64,000 nucleotides of DNA from Patellaria atrata CBS 101060 (lineage: Eukaryota). Shown piece by piece: positions 11,401 to 23,761 of the stretch. Positions within the stretch are counted from its first letter, which is position 1; each line of letters begins with the position of its first letter. The notes beneath the pieces were generated by a model. The model saw nothing but the letters and a program-made list of their open reading frames with translations. It was not told the DNA's origin and did no database searches. The stretch covers positions 186,001 through 250,000 of the forward strand of contig MU006101.1 in assembly GCA_010093705.1 (NCBI GenBank), given 5' to 3'. Both the position numbers and the translations under genes were made by a program.

Positions 11401-13663
11401 GCCTTGTAATCGCATCTTTCTTCCAGAGATGGAGCTCTTGGAACAATGATCCTGCCACTTAGTATCTCAACCTCCCCCAATATCGCAGCTAATAGCAAGC
11501 TCTTACCCGTACCGGTCCGACCAGATATGACACTTAGCTGTTTGCAAGGAAAGGACAAGCTGATATCTCGAAGGATGAACGTCTCCTCATCGGGCTCCTC
11601 ATTCCGAGGCCATGAAATGCTTGCCCCCTCAAACCTGACGTTGTTACCCGGGATTGTCTCGTTTGGCTCCTTCTCTGGTGATCTAAGATACTCGTCAATT
11701 CGTTTTACACTAACCCATGCGTCGATGGCAATAGTTGTCAGTTCGGGGAGGAATCCTAAAGTTCCCTCAATCTGTCCCAAGATTCCAATTGTTGTAAAGG
11801 CAATAGACGCTGAGAGATCTCCATGAATAGTTGCGTACACACCAAGGCATGTAGCTGAGAGCATAATAGGGCCAATAAGCCAACAAAAGATTAGGATAGT
11901 ATCGGCTTTAAAAACCTTCCATTGGGCACCAAGCTCTTCTTTTCGGACCACCTCAATCCTCTTCTGCCATTGTCGTTCTAAAGCAGAAAATTTGATCTGT
12001 CTGATTCCAGTCAATGCTTCGTTGAGAACTGCCAGTTTGCGATCACGAAGTCTCATAAGCTCATCCTGCCCATCAGCGTATCTCCTTGAGAAATATATAT
12101 TCAAAGGGAGGGATAAAAGATGCACTATGACACCCGCCAGGAGGCCTTGCCATCCTATTAGTTTACCGAGGAAGGTAAAGCAAACGGATATTTTAATCGC
12201 TGCTGCGAAGAAGACGTTGTTGTATGAGGCGAAATCTGCAATTCGTTTTGCGTCTATACCGACAAGGTTAACGGTCCCCTGCCGTGTCTTCTGGATGTGG
12301 TCCTCAGGATTATCTTCTTTCACAGCTCCGACACCTTCGGAGGGGTTGACGGCAGTAGTATCCTTGCTATCTTGCTCCTTTGAGGTTTTAGTCGATGCAC
12401 CTTTTACATCCTTTCGGCGCATACTCTTTGAAAATATCAGAGCAGCTAGTTGCACACGGATTGGAACCTGTAAATGGCCATAGCAAATCCACCTGGAAGC
12501 AGTTAGATATCCACTCATTTACATTTCAACTAATCTTTGAGCCACAAACCAGTACCAGTTGTCCAAGAAGCATTCAATGATCATCGCTAGACCGAGGCCT
12601 CCTACCCATAAACCTGCTGCAAAATTAACGTCTTCGCCATTGCTCCTTGCTTCCAGAAGTCTTAACAACCTATACATGGCAAACTGTGGTGCGACGAGAA
12701 ATATACCGGAGAGTAAGGTTACGATATATTGTTTGGCGAATGCAGACAGGTGAGCTAAAATGATCAATTTGGCAAGATTACCCTTTCCTTGCATCGATAC
12801 CCAGGCTTCAGCAAGATCCTTAGCCCTAGTATTGTGGTCCATTAGGGGAAGATCTTCATTACGGAGTACCCTTTGCTTAGCCGCTCGGGCAAGCACCGGC
12901 GAGCACCAGGAATAGGTATAATGATAGAATGCAGAGACGGTCCATTGACCGTCGACCTCCTGACCATCTTTGTAGAGTTGAGGTCGACGGGGAAATGCAA
13001 TAGCAGAGAAGAAACCGAGAGCTGAGAGGACAAAATTGACGATAGATAGAGAACCGTGGCCTGATAAAATGGTTTGCAAATCTTCTGTGAGGAATATGAC
13101 AAAGAGTAAAATGAGATTTGAGAGGGCGTGGAAGGAGGCAAATTCATAGCGAGAAACAGGATTCCTTTCAGAATAAATATTTGTCGCTTGGATATGTATC
13201 AATGCCTGGATTGTAGTTAGCAAGCATAACAGTATGGAAGTAATTGGTGATGATGGGTTCCCAGCCCAGATTCCTCGAGAACTTGCGGCCAAGTAGGTGG
13301 TGCCCTTGATATCAGCTATGGAAAAATGTATCTTACCCATATTGTAAACCTCGACCAAATCACAAGCAGATATGATCTCCCGTGCTGTGAACCCTCGACA
13401 GTATTGAATGCTGCAGCTACTAATGAGACACAGAATCCGGCACTGGTGGATAAATTGAGCATGAAAATTGGTAAACGTGTCTTGCGGTATATTCGTTGGG
13501 TTTCCTCCGTAGCAACGCCATCTTTATCCTCATAGATGTCTATGTTTCGATAACCTTGGTTTTTCTTAAAGAAGAGCTGAGGAAGATTGTAAAGTGCTGG
13601 AAGTGTGGCCAGGAAGACGAGGACGAGCCCCGCAATGGGAACAATCTCAGGGCTAGCAGCCAT
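8497..13663 (-). CDS. ABCC/MRP-family ABC transporter (YBT1/bile-acid-transporter-like); 7 exons, introns about 13336-13206, 12555-12493, 11179-11124, 10456-10407, 10054-10006, 9927-9872
   Basis: Two NBDs: GRTGTGKS / LSGGQRWR / IMDDIFSAVD and GRTGAGKS / LSQGQRQL / VLDEATSAVD. Two TMDs plus an N-terminal TM extension. The frame is restored at each predicted intron. Confidence 0.93.
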
Positions 13664-14510
13664 GAATCATATAAAATCAAAAAACTGTAAGATGTACTCC
13701 GCACTGCAAAAGTTCTCGTTAAGAGGTTTCAAAAGCTCTTTATACAGTACCTACCCCTAACTTTTGTATCATGATGAGTTAAGGCTCATTTTAAGGTGCG
13801 AAAGGTAGTGTATGAAAACGGATGAACTTTTTTTTATATGGATGTAATGGATGTGATGCCCTGTCTAGTGGCAGAATGCGGTGTTAGAGTTTGGGTAGGT
13901 GGCAAGTTTCCTACTACAAGAGACTTCAATTATTCCTTTGATGAGTCAAAAATTCGAGAGTCGCTTTATTATGCATCTCGAGGGTACGAGGTACTGTCCT
14001 GCATGCCGAGACGATAATTGCGGGAACGGCTGAATTCTCGGTTTACAGTATTATGTATTGTTACCTTACAAAGTACTGCTACTGCATCTTCAAGTATTTC
14101 AACGTCTTCTACCTCCGGGAGATTCAATTAAGGCAAACAAGATAGGACTAGAAAGGCTAGACGTATAACTCAACTAGTTCAAAGAAGGCAGGCGTATGTA
14201 TAAGCTGAAAGCAGATGGGAGAGGAGTATAGAAACGTTGTGCTCGACACTGCTACAACTGTCACAGCTCCAAGGGCCCCTAGTTAACAATCGTAGTTGAT
14301 CATTCGCTAGTCACTATCTTATTACTTCGTATCTGAGGGACGTCTGTTACACATTGCATAAGAAAAAGAGCACCAAACCCTCCGTCATGTAGACTCAACA
14401 GACACATCAAGGTCCAAACTTGTGGGAGTCATAAAGTCGAATCATTACCTCAGATATGACATCTCCCGGGTATAAATCATCACCTTGAACATATGCTCAT
14501 CGAAATGTGC

Positions 14511-15924
14511 TTATGCCACTGCGCGCTCTTCGTCGCGTCCGCGGGACTCGCCATTGACAGTGGATGGAGCTTCGTCATCATCTTCTTCCTCTTCGTACTC
14601 GCCGCCGCGGTGCTCGGAAGCCGGGACCCACAGACCGGACTCACGCTCAAGGGGCTGATCTTGTCCGGAGAGGTCCACACCTTCTCCTGAGTGATGCCTA
14701 GCCTTGCGGCGCTGAGAAAGAGTGCGAGCACGAGTCGAAAGTTTCGAGGAGACAGCGGCATTCTTCTCAACCCAGTTGGTTAAAGCGTCCTCACAGTCCT
14801 GGATGATACTACATCACATCGTCAGTAATGTTATAGACATGTAGAGATTTGGAAGTTGCTCACGCCTTGCTCGCGTCATATCCATCATAAGCCTGCCTTG
14901 TCTCACCAGGAGTAACAGGAGTGTCATCGACGAGTTCCAACAAATGCTTGCCGTATCCTGCAATGATTGCAAGCTTCTCGCAGTGTTCACGGAGGGCGTC
15001 GAATTGGTAGGTGAAGGCGGACTTGAGCTTCTCGCGTGTGATGTTGGACAATTGCGCCTCAGCGACAAGAGATTCGGCTTCAGCACGGACAAGCTCCTGT
15101 TCGAGAACAACGATCTTTGGCGAGTTTGGCTCCTTGTATTTGAGCTGCGCAATCTGGTCTGTGATCTTCTGCTTCCCTACATATCATTATTAGACCGACT
15201 GCAAAGTGACAGGTGTCAAGATAAACTCACTGTCGCGGCTGGGCTGTACGGAAGCCTCGATGTTGCGGATGCTCTTCATCGTCACACGATATTGGTCGTA
15301 CCTGTCGACGAACTGATCTTCAAGCTCTCCAATTTCGTAGATCAAAACACCAAGCTTGTCAGTGACATCGGAGACGTCATCGTCGCAAGCTTCGCCCCAA
15401 ATAGACAATTGTTGCTTCAATAATCAGCTTTGTGTCCACATACCGTTGTGTGACATGGGGAACATACAGCGACTTCCATCCTTTCGCGTGCAACAAGCTC
15501 CATACTGCGCATCACATTCTTGTCCATTTTGACCAACTGCGACAGTTTCTTAGCAAGGTCGGGGCCAAAAGCCCCAGCCGCGGACTTCCGAAAGTTGTGA
15601 CCTGTAGTGACGCGAAAATATAAGCACCTAATCACAGTCTATCGACCTATAAAGATCGGGATCATCGAAAACATCGCCGATTTTTAACGGGCTTCTGCCT
15701 GAGCAAAGGTGGGGTCACCGGTGCAACCAGCTGCCTTGGACCTCAGGAACACGGTAGGAAGAATTTCTGTTGGAAAGGATTGGAAAACAGGATGCTTTCA
15801 ACCTACCAATGTTGGCTTTTCCGAAGAACCGACCTGTCTTCGTGGAAGAAGGCGGAGGAGGAGGGTTCTGAATTTGCGAGGCGGTTGGCGCCCTCGACTG
15901 ACGCATAGAGTAGGTTCGATGCAT
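14511..15924 (-). CDS. PIL1: Eisosome BAR-domain protein, Pil1/Lsp1 family; 5 exons
   Basis: MHRTYSMRQSRAPTASQIQNPPPPPSSTK, AAGAFGPDLAKKLSQLVK, LEQELVRAEAESLVAEAQLSNITR. Introns include 15806-15602 and 15467-15415. TAA at 14513-14511. Pil1 versus Lsp1/PilB assignment is uncertain. Confidence 0.93.
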
Positions 15925-17874
15925 GTTTGCGGTAGTATGGATTTACAAAATCGATAGTGAGTCCGTTAAAAGCAATGCTCTGCTGCTGGCAGAGAGAAGC
16001 GTAGATTAATTTTGTTGTGTTGTTGTGTTGTTGTTGTGAGAAAGCGAAGGGGAAAGGTGGGAGAGCTATATGCGACGGGCCGTGAACGCCTTGAGCTCGA
16101 TACGTCATCGCCCAAACACGGTGTATGGCCCGTGCTTAATATTCCTTTGTGGCTGGACTCACTTCCAGACCTCCCAGTTGTCTTTTTAGAGAACACACCA
16201 ACCCTTTAACGTACAACCAACCTACTTTTGTAACCTACCAGTACAAAAATGTACAGTAGATGCTGTCGATCTTCCCTTGCAGTGAATGTAGTCTGGATTT
16301 CTTCAAGAAAATAATCAGCATCATCAATCACACCAGTTCAGCACCCATCCCACCCCTCCCTAGTCTCTACGACAACGCGCTCATCATCGAGGAACATTAC
16401 CAGCCGCACAGCTTTTACTTTCTTACTGTATGCAAGAAACGTTTAGCCGTTCGAGCGATTCAATACAAGAAATACAGGTACCTTAGTCGCGAGCGGAGCA
16501 ATGACACAGATGACTGTGGTTCTACTCCTGGGAAGTCCCGACTATGTACCACCACCAGTACCAATTCATCCCGTTACATCCGGTTTTTCATCTTTTTTAC
16601 ATCAGACCTTTCCACCACTCCTTTCTTGGCACCATTCTTAGGTTACTTGCACTGTGAGACAAAACAGGTCATATCCACAGGTTTACAGCCTATCACGTTG
16701 TTATTGGACTCTAGTAGTTCTATATTGCACTCTACTCCTATTATACAACGACGTTTCAGTGTCACATATATGGCTACCGTACGTTGAGGCCGCTCGTAAC
16801 GTTGTCGTACGAAAACGAACTTGGAAGCGAACCTACAAATTCACATACTGACCAGCGGTACTGAAAGCTGAGGGTTTCGAACAGTCCATGTCGAAGTATT
16901 TCATGTAATTCACGTAATATTGTAAAGTACGCTCACCAGTAAAGGTGTCTTTGAGCTTACTGTACGAGGGAGTTCAGAACGTATGAGTGCTACGGAAATT
17001 CGGGACACGCGCAGATTTTAATTCAACTGTTCAAAAATACTAACTCAGCAATTCTTCAAAGCTTAATAGCCAAGTATGAATCGGCCGGGAAGTGTATAAA
17101 GTTCACGGATGCCAATCTTGGTAAAAAAAACTTCATTTCGACTAATCTTTATCTAGTATCTTGTCTTTGATAGATATTCATACTTATTTCATAGAAGAAT
17201 ATTTCTTTCTCTCATGGACGAATCACACTATCTCAGTGAACTATCTATACGACTTATTTGACTACCTAATTTTGAAGAGTACTATTTTTTCATACCTGTG
17301 AAACCCTTAGTAGGCTAGGGAGCCGTTTAATGTCTATTGTCACAATACTTAGAGCTCTACAAGACATGATGCGTGATATGACGAGTTGTCTCAGCGACTG
17401 CTAGCCGCTATTCTCCAGTCATACAGAAAGAATGATAGTCCTTAAGAGAGGAGCCCAAATGACGGAAGGTTCATTCGGCGTAGATGTAGTCACTTCGGCT
17501 GATTCCTTACGGCGTGGATGTATCATACTTTCAAACCTGTAGCAGTTGTAAGTTCCTCGAATTTTATGTCTTTCCTGCAATAGACTCAAGTTTAAGTTAT
17601 GTATGCTGTTACCTGCTGAACGCATTTGACTCAACCTCACGCGCTGGTTCGTCGACAACAATCCAAGTATGACTCGAGTCACAAACTCCAACCGGAAGTA
17701 GAGTCTAACTGTGTCTACGGAATCTACGGAATCTACACCGAATTTAAAGTTCCCTTTTTCATAAAAGAGCGAATTCCTCCTGGACAGAAAAACTCTTTTC
17801 AAATTCAGTAACACCTCTAAAGATCTGTAAGACCCTTTTAAAAGACAAGCTGTACGAGGAGACTATTCTGGACA

Positions 17875-18180
17875 ATGGTTTACATTGATATTATCACACC
17901 CGAACAGTCTACCGTGGACCGTACATGGACTGAGGAGGGATTTGATGCCCTGTGGCATGGACACCCTCAGGCCTGCACTAATTCCCCCAAAGGCAAAGAA
18001 TTCCAGGCTGCAGAAGATTACTGGCCAAAGGTAACTGCAATGGGCCCCTGTTATGTCTGCAATAGTTCGGAAATTCGAGAAAACACCATAATTGAAGAGG
18101 AAGGTTTGAGGTTAGAGGAGGAGGGAGAACAAGCAAAGAACGACCGCCTCATATTATTTACCCGACCTCTTCTACCATGA
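17875..18180 (+). CDS. Possible small hypothetical protein or gene remnant
   Basis: 101-codon ATG ORF with protein-like composition (CYVC, acidic tract). No family recognised. Confidence 0.25.
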   Translation: MVYIDIITPEQSTVDRTWTEEGFDALWHGHPQACTNSPKGKEFQAAEDYWPKVTAMGPCYVCNSSEIRENTIIEEEGLRLEEEGEQAKNDRLILFTRPLLP

Positions 18181-18714
18181 GCTCTACCACAGTGCTACTA
18201 AGAAGTATCTGATCTCTGAAGAGGGCGATACTTACTTGAATGATTTTTCTTGTATAATGGCTGTGGATTATTCATCGTATGTTTATATCTCTACTAAGAT
18301 CATGTTGACTAACTCAAAATATAAGGGCGACAATCCATTAGGCACTCTCCGATTCCCTCATATGACCTCATTCTTTTATTTGTATCTCTCATTTGGCATT
18401 GCTATACCCAACTGTTGCACTCATGAGTCATGCCACTTCAAATACATTGTGCTACACCTTTCTCGAATTGAGCTCCCCAATAGAAAATTTCATTGTCTGT
18501 GAAGCCAACATTGTCACCGATAGAACATATAGAATCTAACAATAACGTGACCATTGTTCGGCCACCCCAATCGCCTATACAAAATAGCGCTCCGATCCAC
18601 CATTTCAACTACACCAAAATAGATCTCATACCCAAAACACTAGACATCAACTAAACCAAGCACACTTACCAACCATAAACCCATCCACCACCCACCAAAG
18701 CTCCTAAAAAAAAC

Positions 18715-19410
18715 ATGCCCTACAACACTCTCACAATCTACCCCCTATCCCACCCTTCGCAATCATCTACATCCTTATCCCCCTCAACCTCCCCCTTCCC
18801 CTCCCCAACCCATTCCATAACCCCCTTCACGCCCCTCAATTTCCCCTCCTCTTCCCGTCCTAGTCTCACATCCTCGTCTCCCTCTCCGTCTCCCTCCGGT
18901 TCTACCACCCCTTTCCCTAACCACGATGACCACGATCTCGGTATGCCGACTCTGGCCCAGGTATCGCGCTCTGAGGCTCGACTGACACTGGCGCCTGTGT
19001 ATTTGGAACGGGGAGATGGGTCCGCGGAGCGGAGGAAGGGGAGGTCTGAGGGAAAGGGGAGGACGAGAGATGGGAGGAGTAATATCAGGGTGGACATGTC
19101 GGGGAGTGTGCCTGAGACGGGGCTGGTGTCGGTACCGCGGGGGAGGGAGGAGATGAGAGGGGGGGATGGGGTGAGTGGGACGGGGTCGCTGGGCGTGGAA
19201 CAAGGGATGGATATGGGGGTCCAGGAGGGTTATACAGGGATGATGCCGATGCATCAGCGGGTGTCTGGGGGAGAGAGTGGTTTGGAAGCGAAGAGGGAAG
19301 GTGGGAAGAGGAGGAATGGGTTTTTTGTGGGGTGGGTGAGGGAGAAGGATGGGAAGAAGAGTAAGCAGGTTTATTATGTTGTGCCGAAAGTTGGGGGGAG
19401 GAGAGGTTGA
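18715..19410 (+). CDS. Hypothetical low-complexity protein (Ser/Pro-rich N half, Gly/Glu/Arg-rich C half)
   Basis: 231-codon ORF with A-rich start context (AAAAACATG) and a CA-rich leader typical of fungal 5' UTRs. Confidence 0.5.
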   Translation: MPYNTLTIYPLSHPSQSSTSLSPSTSPFPSPTHSITPFTPLNFPSSSRPSLTSSSPSPSPSGSTTPFPNHDDHDLGMPTLAQVSRSEARLTLAPVYLERGDGSAERRKGRSEGKGRTRDGRSNIRVDMSGSVPETGLVSVPRGREEMRGGDGVSGTGSLGVEQGMDMGVQEGYTGMMPMHQRVSGGESGLEAKREGGKRRNGFFVGWVREKDGKKSKQVYYVVPKVGGRRG

Positions 19411-20192
19411 GGTTTGGTTGTATATTTCTTGTATAGTTCTAGAGGATAAATAGAGGAATTGTGGTTTGAAGTGCTGCCGTTAGTGCTTCGTTTGTGGTTG
19501 CTCTTCGTAGAACTAATTGAAAAAGCCGAGTCCCGGATTAAGGTGAAACCCACAATGATATAGTAAAGGTGCTAATACATTGGTTTGATTTCACCCTCTT
19601 GTTGTGGGATTATCCGTCTACTGTACACTCACTTCAAAACTGTTTCTGACGGTACTGTACCGAAAAGGCTAGAACTTATGAAAGTGCTCCAACCACAGTA
19701 GGAATTAACCGTACAAAAATCGAATTTCAGTCCTTACAGGGTCTCAGCCGTTATCTAGCATGTACTGTATAAGGAGAATAATGATATATTTTCTTGATCT
19801 CTGATGATATAACTCAGCCATTCAGATTGCCAGGATGAGATACCTGTGTACAAATAAAAAGTTCCCTCATTTTCAACACACGGAACTGCTGTACTGAGGA
19901 TCATGGACCGAGCATGTTCGCACTTGCAATTCTCGCTTTGAACAGCAAAGGTATATAGACAAAGTAATCGGCTCCTAGTCACCGATAACGCAAGTCTTTG
20001 GTAAAATCCTGGTGTAGTTCTATGGGTGCTGTCGTGAAGAGATTGGAGAGCGAGGAGACTTTCTTGAACCCCCTTGCCGAAAATAGACTAGCTCTCGCTT
20101 ACCTGGGACTAGCTGCATACCACGGTTACCTATTACAGAATTCTTTTATCATATAAATAAGCATATCACGGTGGATTTTTGACCTATCTCAC

Positions 20193-20291
20193 GTCGGCGT
20201 AGTCTAGTGGTTATGATGCTTGCTTTACAAAACTTCGCCATGCCTGGTTCTGAAGCGCAAGAGGTCGCCGGTTCGACCCCGGCCGCCGATA
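20193..20291 (+). tRNA. tRNA-Val(TAC) with 26-nt intron (20230-20255)
   Basis: Acceptor stem GTCGGCG/CGCCGAT; D-arm TAGTCTAGTGG; anticodon stem CTTGC/GCAAG with TAC at 20226-20228; T-arm GCCGG-TTCGACC-CCGGC; 73 nt after intron removal; TTTT terminator at 20294. Confidence 0.93.
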
Positions 20292-21102
20292 ACTTTTGCT
20301 CCTTGAGGTGTTCATATGGAGGGATGATTCGATTTTTTCTGTATCAAGGGTCAAGAGAGCGGGGTTAGTGTCAGACTGAAGAAGTTAGTAGTAACGGATA
20401 ATCAAGTATATTTCCTACTGCCTTACGCTAGCTATTAGCACCATTCCTTTGACACAGCTGCCTAGTAGGTATCAACGCTGTTGCCTGCATGTTCTCATGT
20501 ATTTAAACGCTCGTTAGAACAGTCATTAAACAATCAAGCGATATCTCCCCATCGATTTGTGCATCACAAATCTGACAGTTAGAATTATACCTGGGATATG
20601 AATAATTCCTACCAAGATTTTCGTCACGTCAACTTGAAATCGTAAGCTTGGAATTATAGCAATGATTTAGATTATGTCTAACAGGTATGTGACCCCTGAT
20701 TGTGAGTACAGCATGACTTTCAGGCGATTTACCAGTTTCCCCAGCACTGGTTACCTTTGTGTGGTATATTCAATCTAATTCCTATCAAATGAATGGACAT
20801 TTTTCCGTTCACCGGTCTCAATATAGAACTTGAATTTTCAATAGTGACTGAGTTATGGTGCGTATGATCACGATTTCATATAGATGCGCAACCCCAGATA
20901 TCTTCATGAACGGCAGCTCCGACTGCATGGTGTGGCTGAGCAATCCAGTATGCTCTTTTTCCCCCCTCAACGTCTCTTATGTGCTTATAAGTTTGGCTTT
21001 TTGCGGAAAGTTTTCATTAGTCCACTATGTCAATCCAGTCAATTTCATATCCATTCTAGTGGCTTGCACAGTGGCACTCCAAGACATGGCTTTTGCTGAT
21101 AG

Positions 21103-23187
21103 ACATCATGCAAACGATCTGGAATCGTGGCCACTACTTGATAGTGCGAATAAAGTCTTGATTAACCCTAACGGCGTGCTCTCCCCTTCCTTGAATGGAC
21201 CGTACAGGAGCCAGACGCATTGTCAAACCCGCTTTCCACGATGACGGCTTTCCAGTAAAGTGGTTCAACGATGGCGTAACAAACAACAAAAGAAGCTGCA
21301 CAGTTACTCTAATAACTCGACAAAGAAAGTTACAGTACATTTGGGGGATGAAGAGCTATCCATCGACACATCAAGGTTACTAAAGTGCTTTTGGGCTGGA
21401 GGGCTTGATACATGTTGTATGGTTTGCCGTGGTGATTTCCACAATGAATGGAGTCCGCCTATTCGAACGATATCAATTGATCCATCTTTCCATATTTACG
21501 ACCTTGATCATTTGGAACTAGATTCCTTGTAATTGGATCCTTCAAGTTATACTTTTCACGCCTCTGAGTTTCCTCCGCTTTGGATACATAACCGCCACCT
21601 CGTCTGTATGAAATACCACCGTATCGAATACATTCCCATCTCGCACGTATGGCACAAAGAGGTTGCTGAAGCTCACGAATTCCCAGACCGAGCCTCTACA
21701 AAGGCTGCTCAGTTGGTCTATGGTGTACCGGTTAGAACTTTGTTAGCGGTGACAGCCCACTTCGACGAGTGCGTGGAGATATAGCACGACTACATCAGCA
21801 TGCCCCAATGGCAATATGATACTCAACAAAATCTCTTAATCAACCTTCCGTCGCTGTTCTCTTACTCCACCATATCTGTGGTCCATTTTGACGACATCAA
21901 CCTTACCCGTATTGAAAGCATAAGATCATCCGAAGAGCCAAGTCAGAAACCGCACGATATCGCCATATTCTACAAGGCACGATGGTTCACAAGGATGTGG
22001 GTTACATTGGAGTATGCTAAGAGTAAGAATGTTTACATGCTAACTGAAGGGTACCAACTCCTGCCAAACCATGTTTCAGATATCTTAGATGGGCTCATAG
22101 ACCTCTTCGCTAAAGAATATAAAAATGATCGGAATGCCCAGTGCCTCTATTATTGACCACACACATCCACTGTCGACAGAGATTCGCTCTCTCGGACCTG
22201 TTATACGACTTCTTGCCGAAAAAGATTGCAGAAACTACAGGGACCGCTTTATGGCCATATGTGGCTTCCTACAACTGGGTAGTTATAACACTGTTCTGCC
22301 GTAAATTCCAGCAAATCCAACAGAAGCGTGCCTTTGGGTCATGTGCCGATGCCTGCAGGTAGGTGACTTTACTCCGTTGTTGCTCGCTCCCAGCGGCGAG
22401 AAAGTATTCGAACCAGCTACACGGCTGAAATGCCACGAACGCATGACAAAGAATACTTGGACACTAGGAACTACCGTCTTCCCTGCAACCTTTACGGAAA
22501 TAGTTCGAGACAATAAAATCAAGATGCATCTGGAATCAGTTGGAACACTTATGGAATTCGGATACACATCTTTCAAAAGGGAGGAAAGCAGTGCATTCAA
22601 CGGTGCGGTAAAGCACATTCTTTACACTTCTGGAACCTGCCCATACAGTTTCGTTGCCGCAATAGGTCGAATATACATTGTACCCGCATGGGAGCAGTGC
22701 TGACCTGGACATACCACGATCGTTCCCTCAATATGTTAAAGAGATACCAGATTTTGTCACCACTTTACGATATTTGTTAGAAGAGTACGAAGTATCAATC
22801 AAAACTGGAGATACCACAAGGTGCCTTCAGGTCGCGACTCGGATAGCAGCTCTGCTACGTCTTGACGTACAATTTACCTTAGGCGCTGGTCAATTCACAC
22901 GACTTAGCTATGCCGCACTCGCTCACACAACAGCCGGAGAGGAGGATACGGATGCATTGGTCGTTACTCGCCGTAACTTTTGTACCAAAACGTCTTCCTT
23001 CCGACTGGCACTTTGGAGCCGTCCTCCAGTAGGAACTCAGCTGTATCGCATACCTGGTCTATGCCTGCAACACTCTCTTAGAGATGGTGTTGGCCTATTG
23101 ATCCACAACCGCCGAACAATCGGTAGAATGACCCATGGGACACCCACCTGCGACTGTCATGAGTATGAATTGGTGCTAATTGAGTGA
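21103..23187 (+). pseudogene. HET (heterokaryon incompatibility, PF06985-like) domain pseudogene; 5' end uncertain
   Basis: HET motifs YIPISHVW, EI*HDYISMPQW and WFTRMWVTLEY in one frame, broken by TGA 21242, TAA 21530 and TAG 21782, then frameshifts near 22150-22350 and 22690. Confidence 0.8.
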
Positions 23188-23458
23188 AATATATCCCCTT
23201 CATATGGATTGTTTCGTGATTTTGTGTTTCTGAAGGTATACCTAGCTTCTATGCTCAACTTCTATAATACCTACATTTTCCCTTCTCTTACATTATTTCC
23301 TTTCACTATTCGATACGGAAATGAACAGAACAGGACACGGGTGATTGCAAATGAGAGTCCGAAGAGTTTACTTTCATTCAACGGTATGAGACTATTCTAA
23401 AACATGCTGAACCCCCCCTCCCATTTTTCATTCGTGATATCATTACACTCCATCGATT

Positions 23459-23761
23459 CTAGGAGGACTTTTCTCCCTCACCCCCATTTCCCTTAGGACC
23501 TTCCCGTCGCTTCTGCCGATCGCTCACTGTGGCCAACACGTGACCGGCGATTTTCCAGGGCGTCAAGGAGTACTTGACGGCCGTTTCCGCCGCTTTTCCA
23601 ATCCTTGACCTCTTCCTTCTATCCCTTCGCAACTTCCTTTCGGGTACTTGTAGTGCGTCGGGTGGTCCCTGTTGGGGAGGATCGTGATTGGTCGCCAGTA
23701 TTTCGTCAAATGTTCGGGAGGAGGTGGGCGTGGGAGGTGTTACGGTGATTTCGGGAACCAT
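23459..23761 (-). CDS. 100-aa orphan microprotein with PxIxIT and LxVP motifs and a basic cluster
   Basis: ATG in strong context (TTCATCATGG). GC-richer than its flanks. Sequence MVPEITVTPPTP..ALQVPERKLRRDRRKRSR. Confidence 0.65.
   Translation of the reverse strand: MVPEITVTPPTPTSSRTFDEILATNHDPPQQGPPDALQVPERKLRRDRRKRSRIGKAAETAVKYSLTPWKIAGHVLATVSDRQKRREGPKGNGGEGEKSS

Noticed and set aside
14449..14484. Box C (GTGATGA) and box D (CTGA) pair in the Pil1 3' UTR
   Set aside because: The boxes span only about 35 nt, with no terminal stem or recognisable rRNA guide.
21163..21172. TAACCCTAAC, resembling a telomerase RNA template
   Set aside because: It lies inside the HET pseudogene reading frame (LINPNG), and I recognised no other telomerase RNA element.
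21782..21784. TAG at a conserved Trp as an A-to-I-editing-rescued stop
   Set aside because: The same gene has further stops and frameshifts, so ordinary pseudogenisation explains it better.
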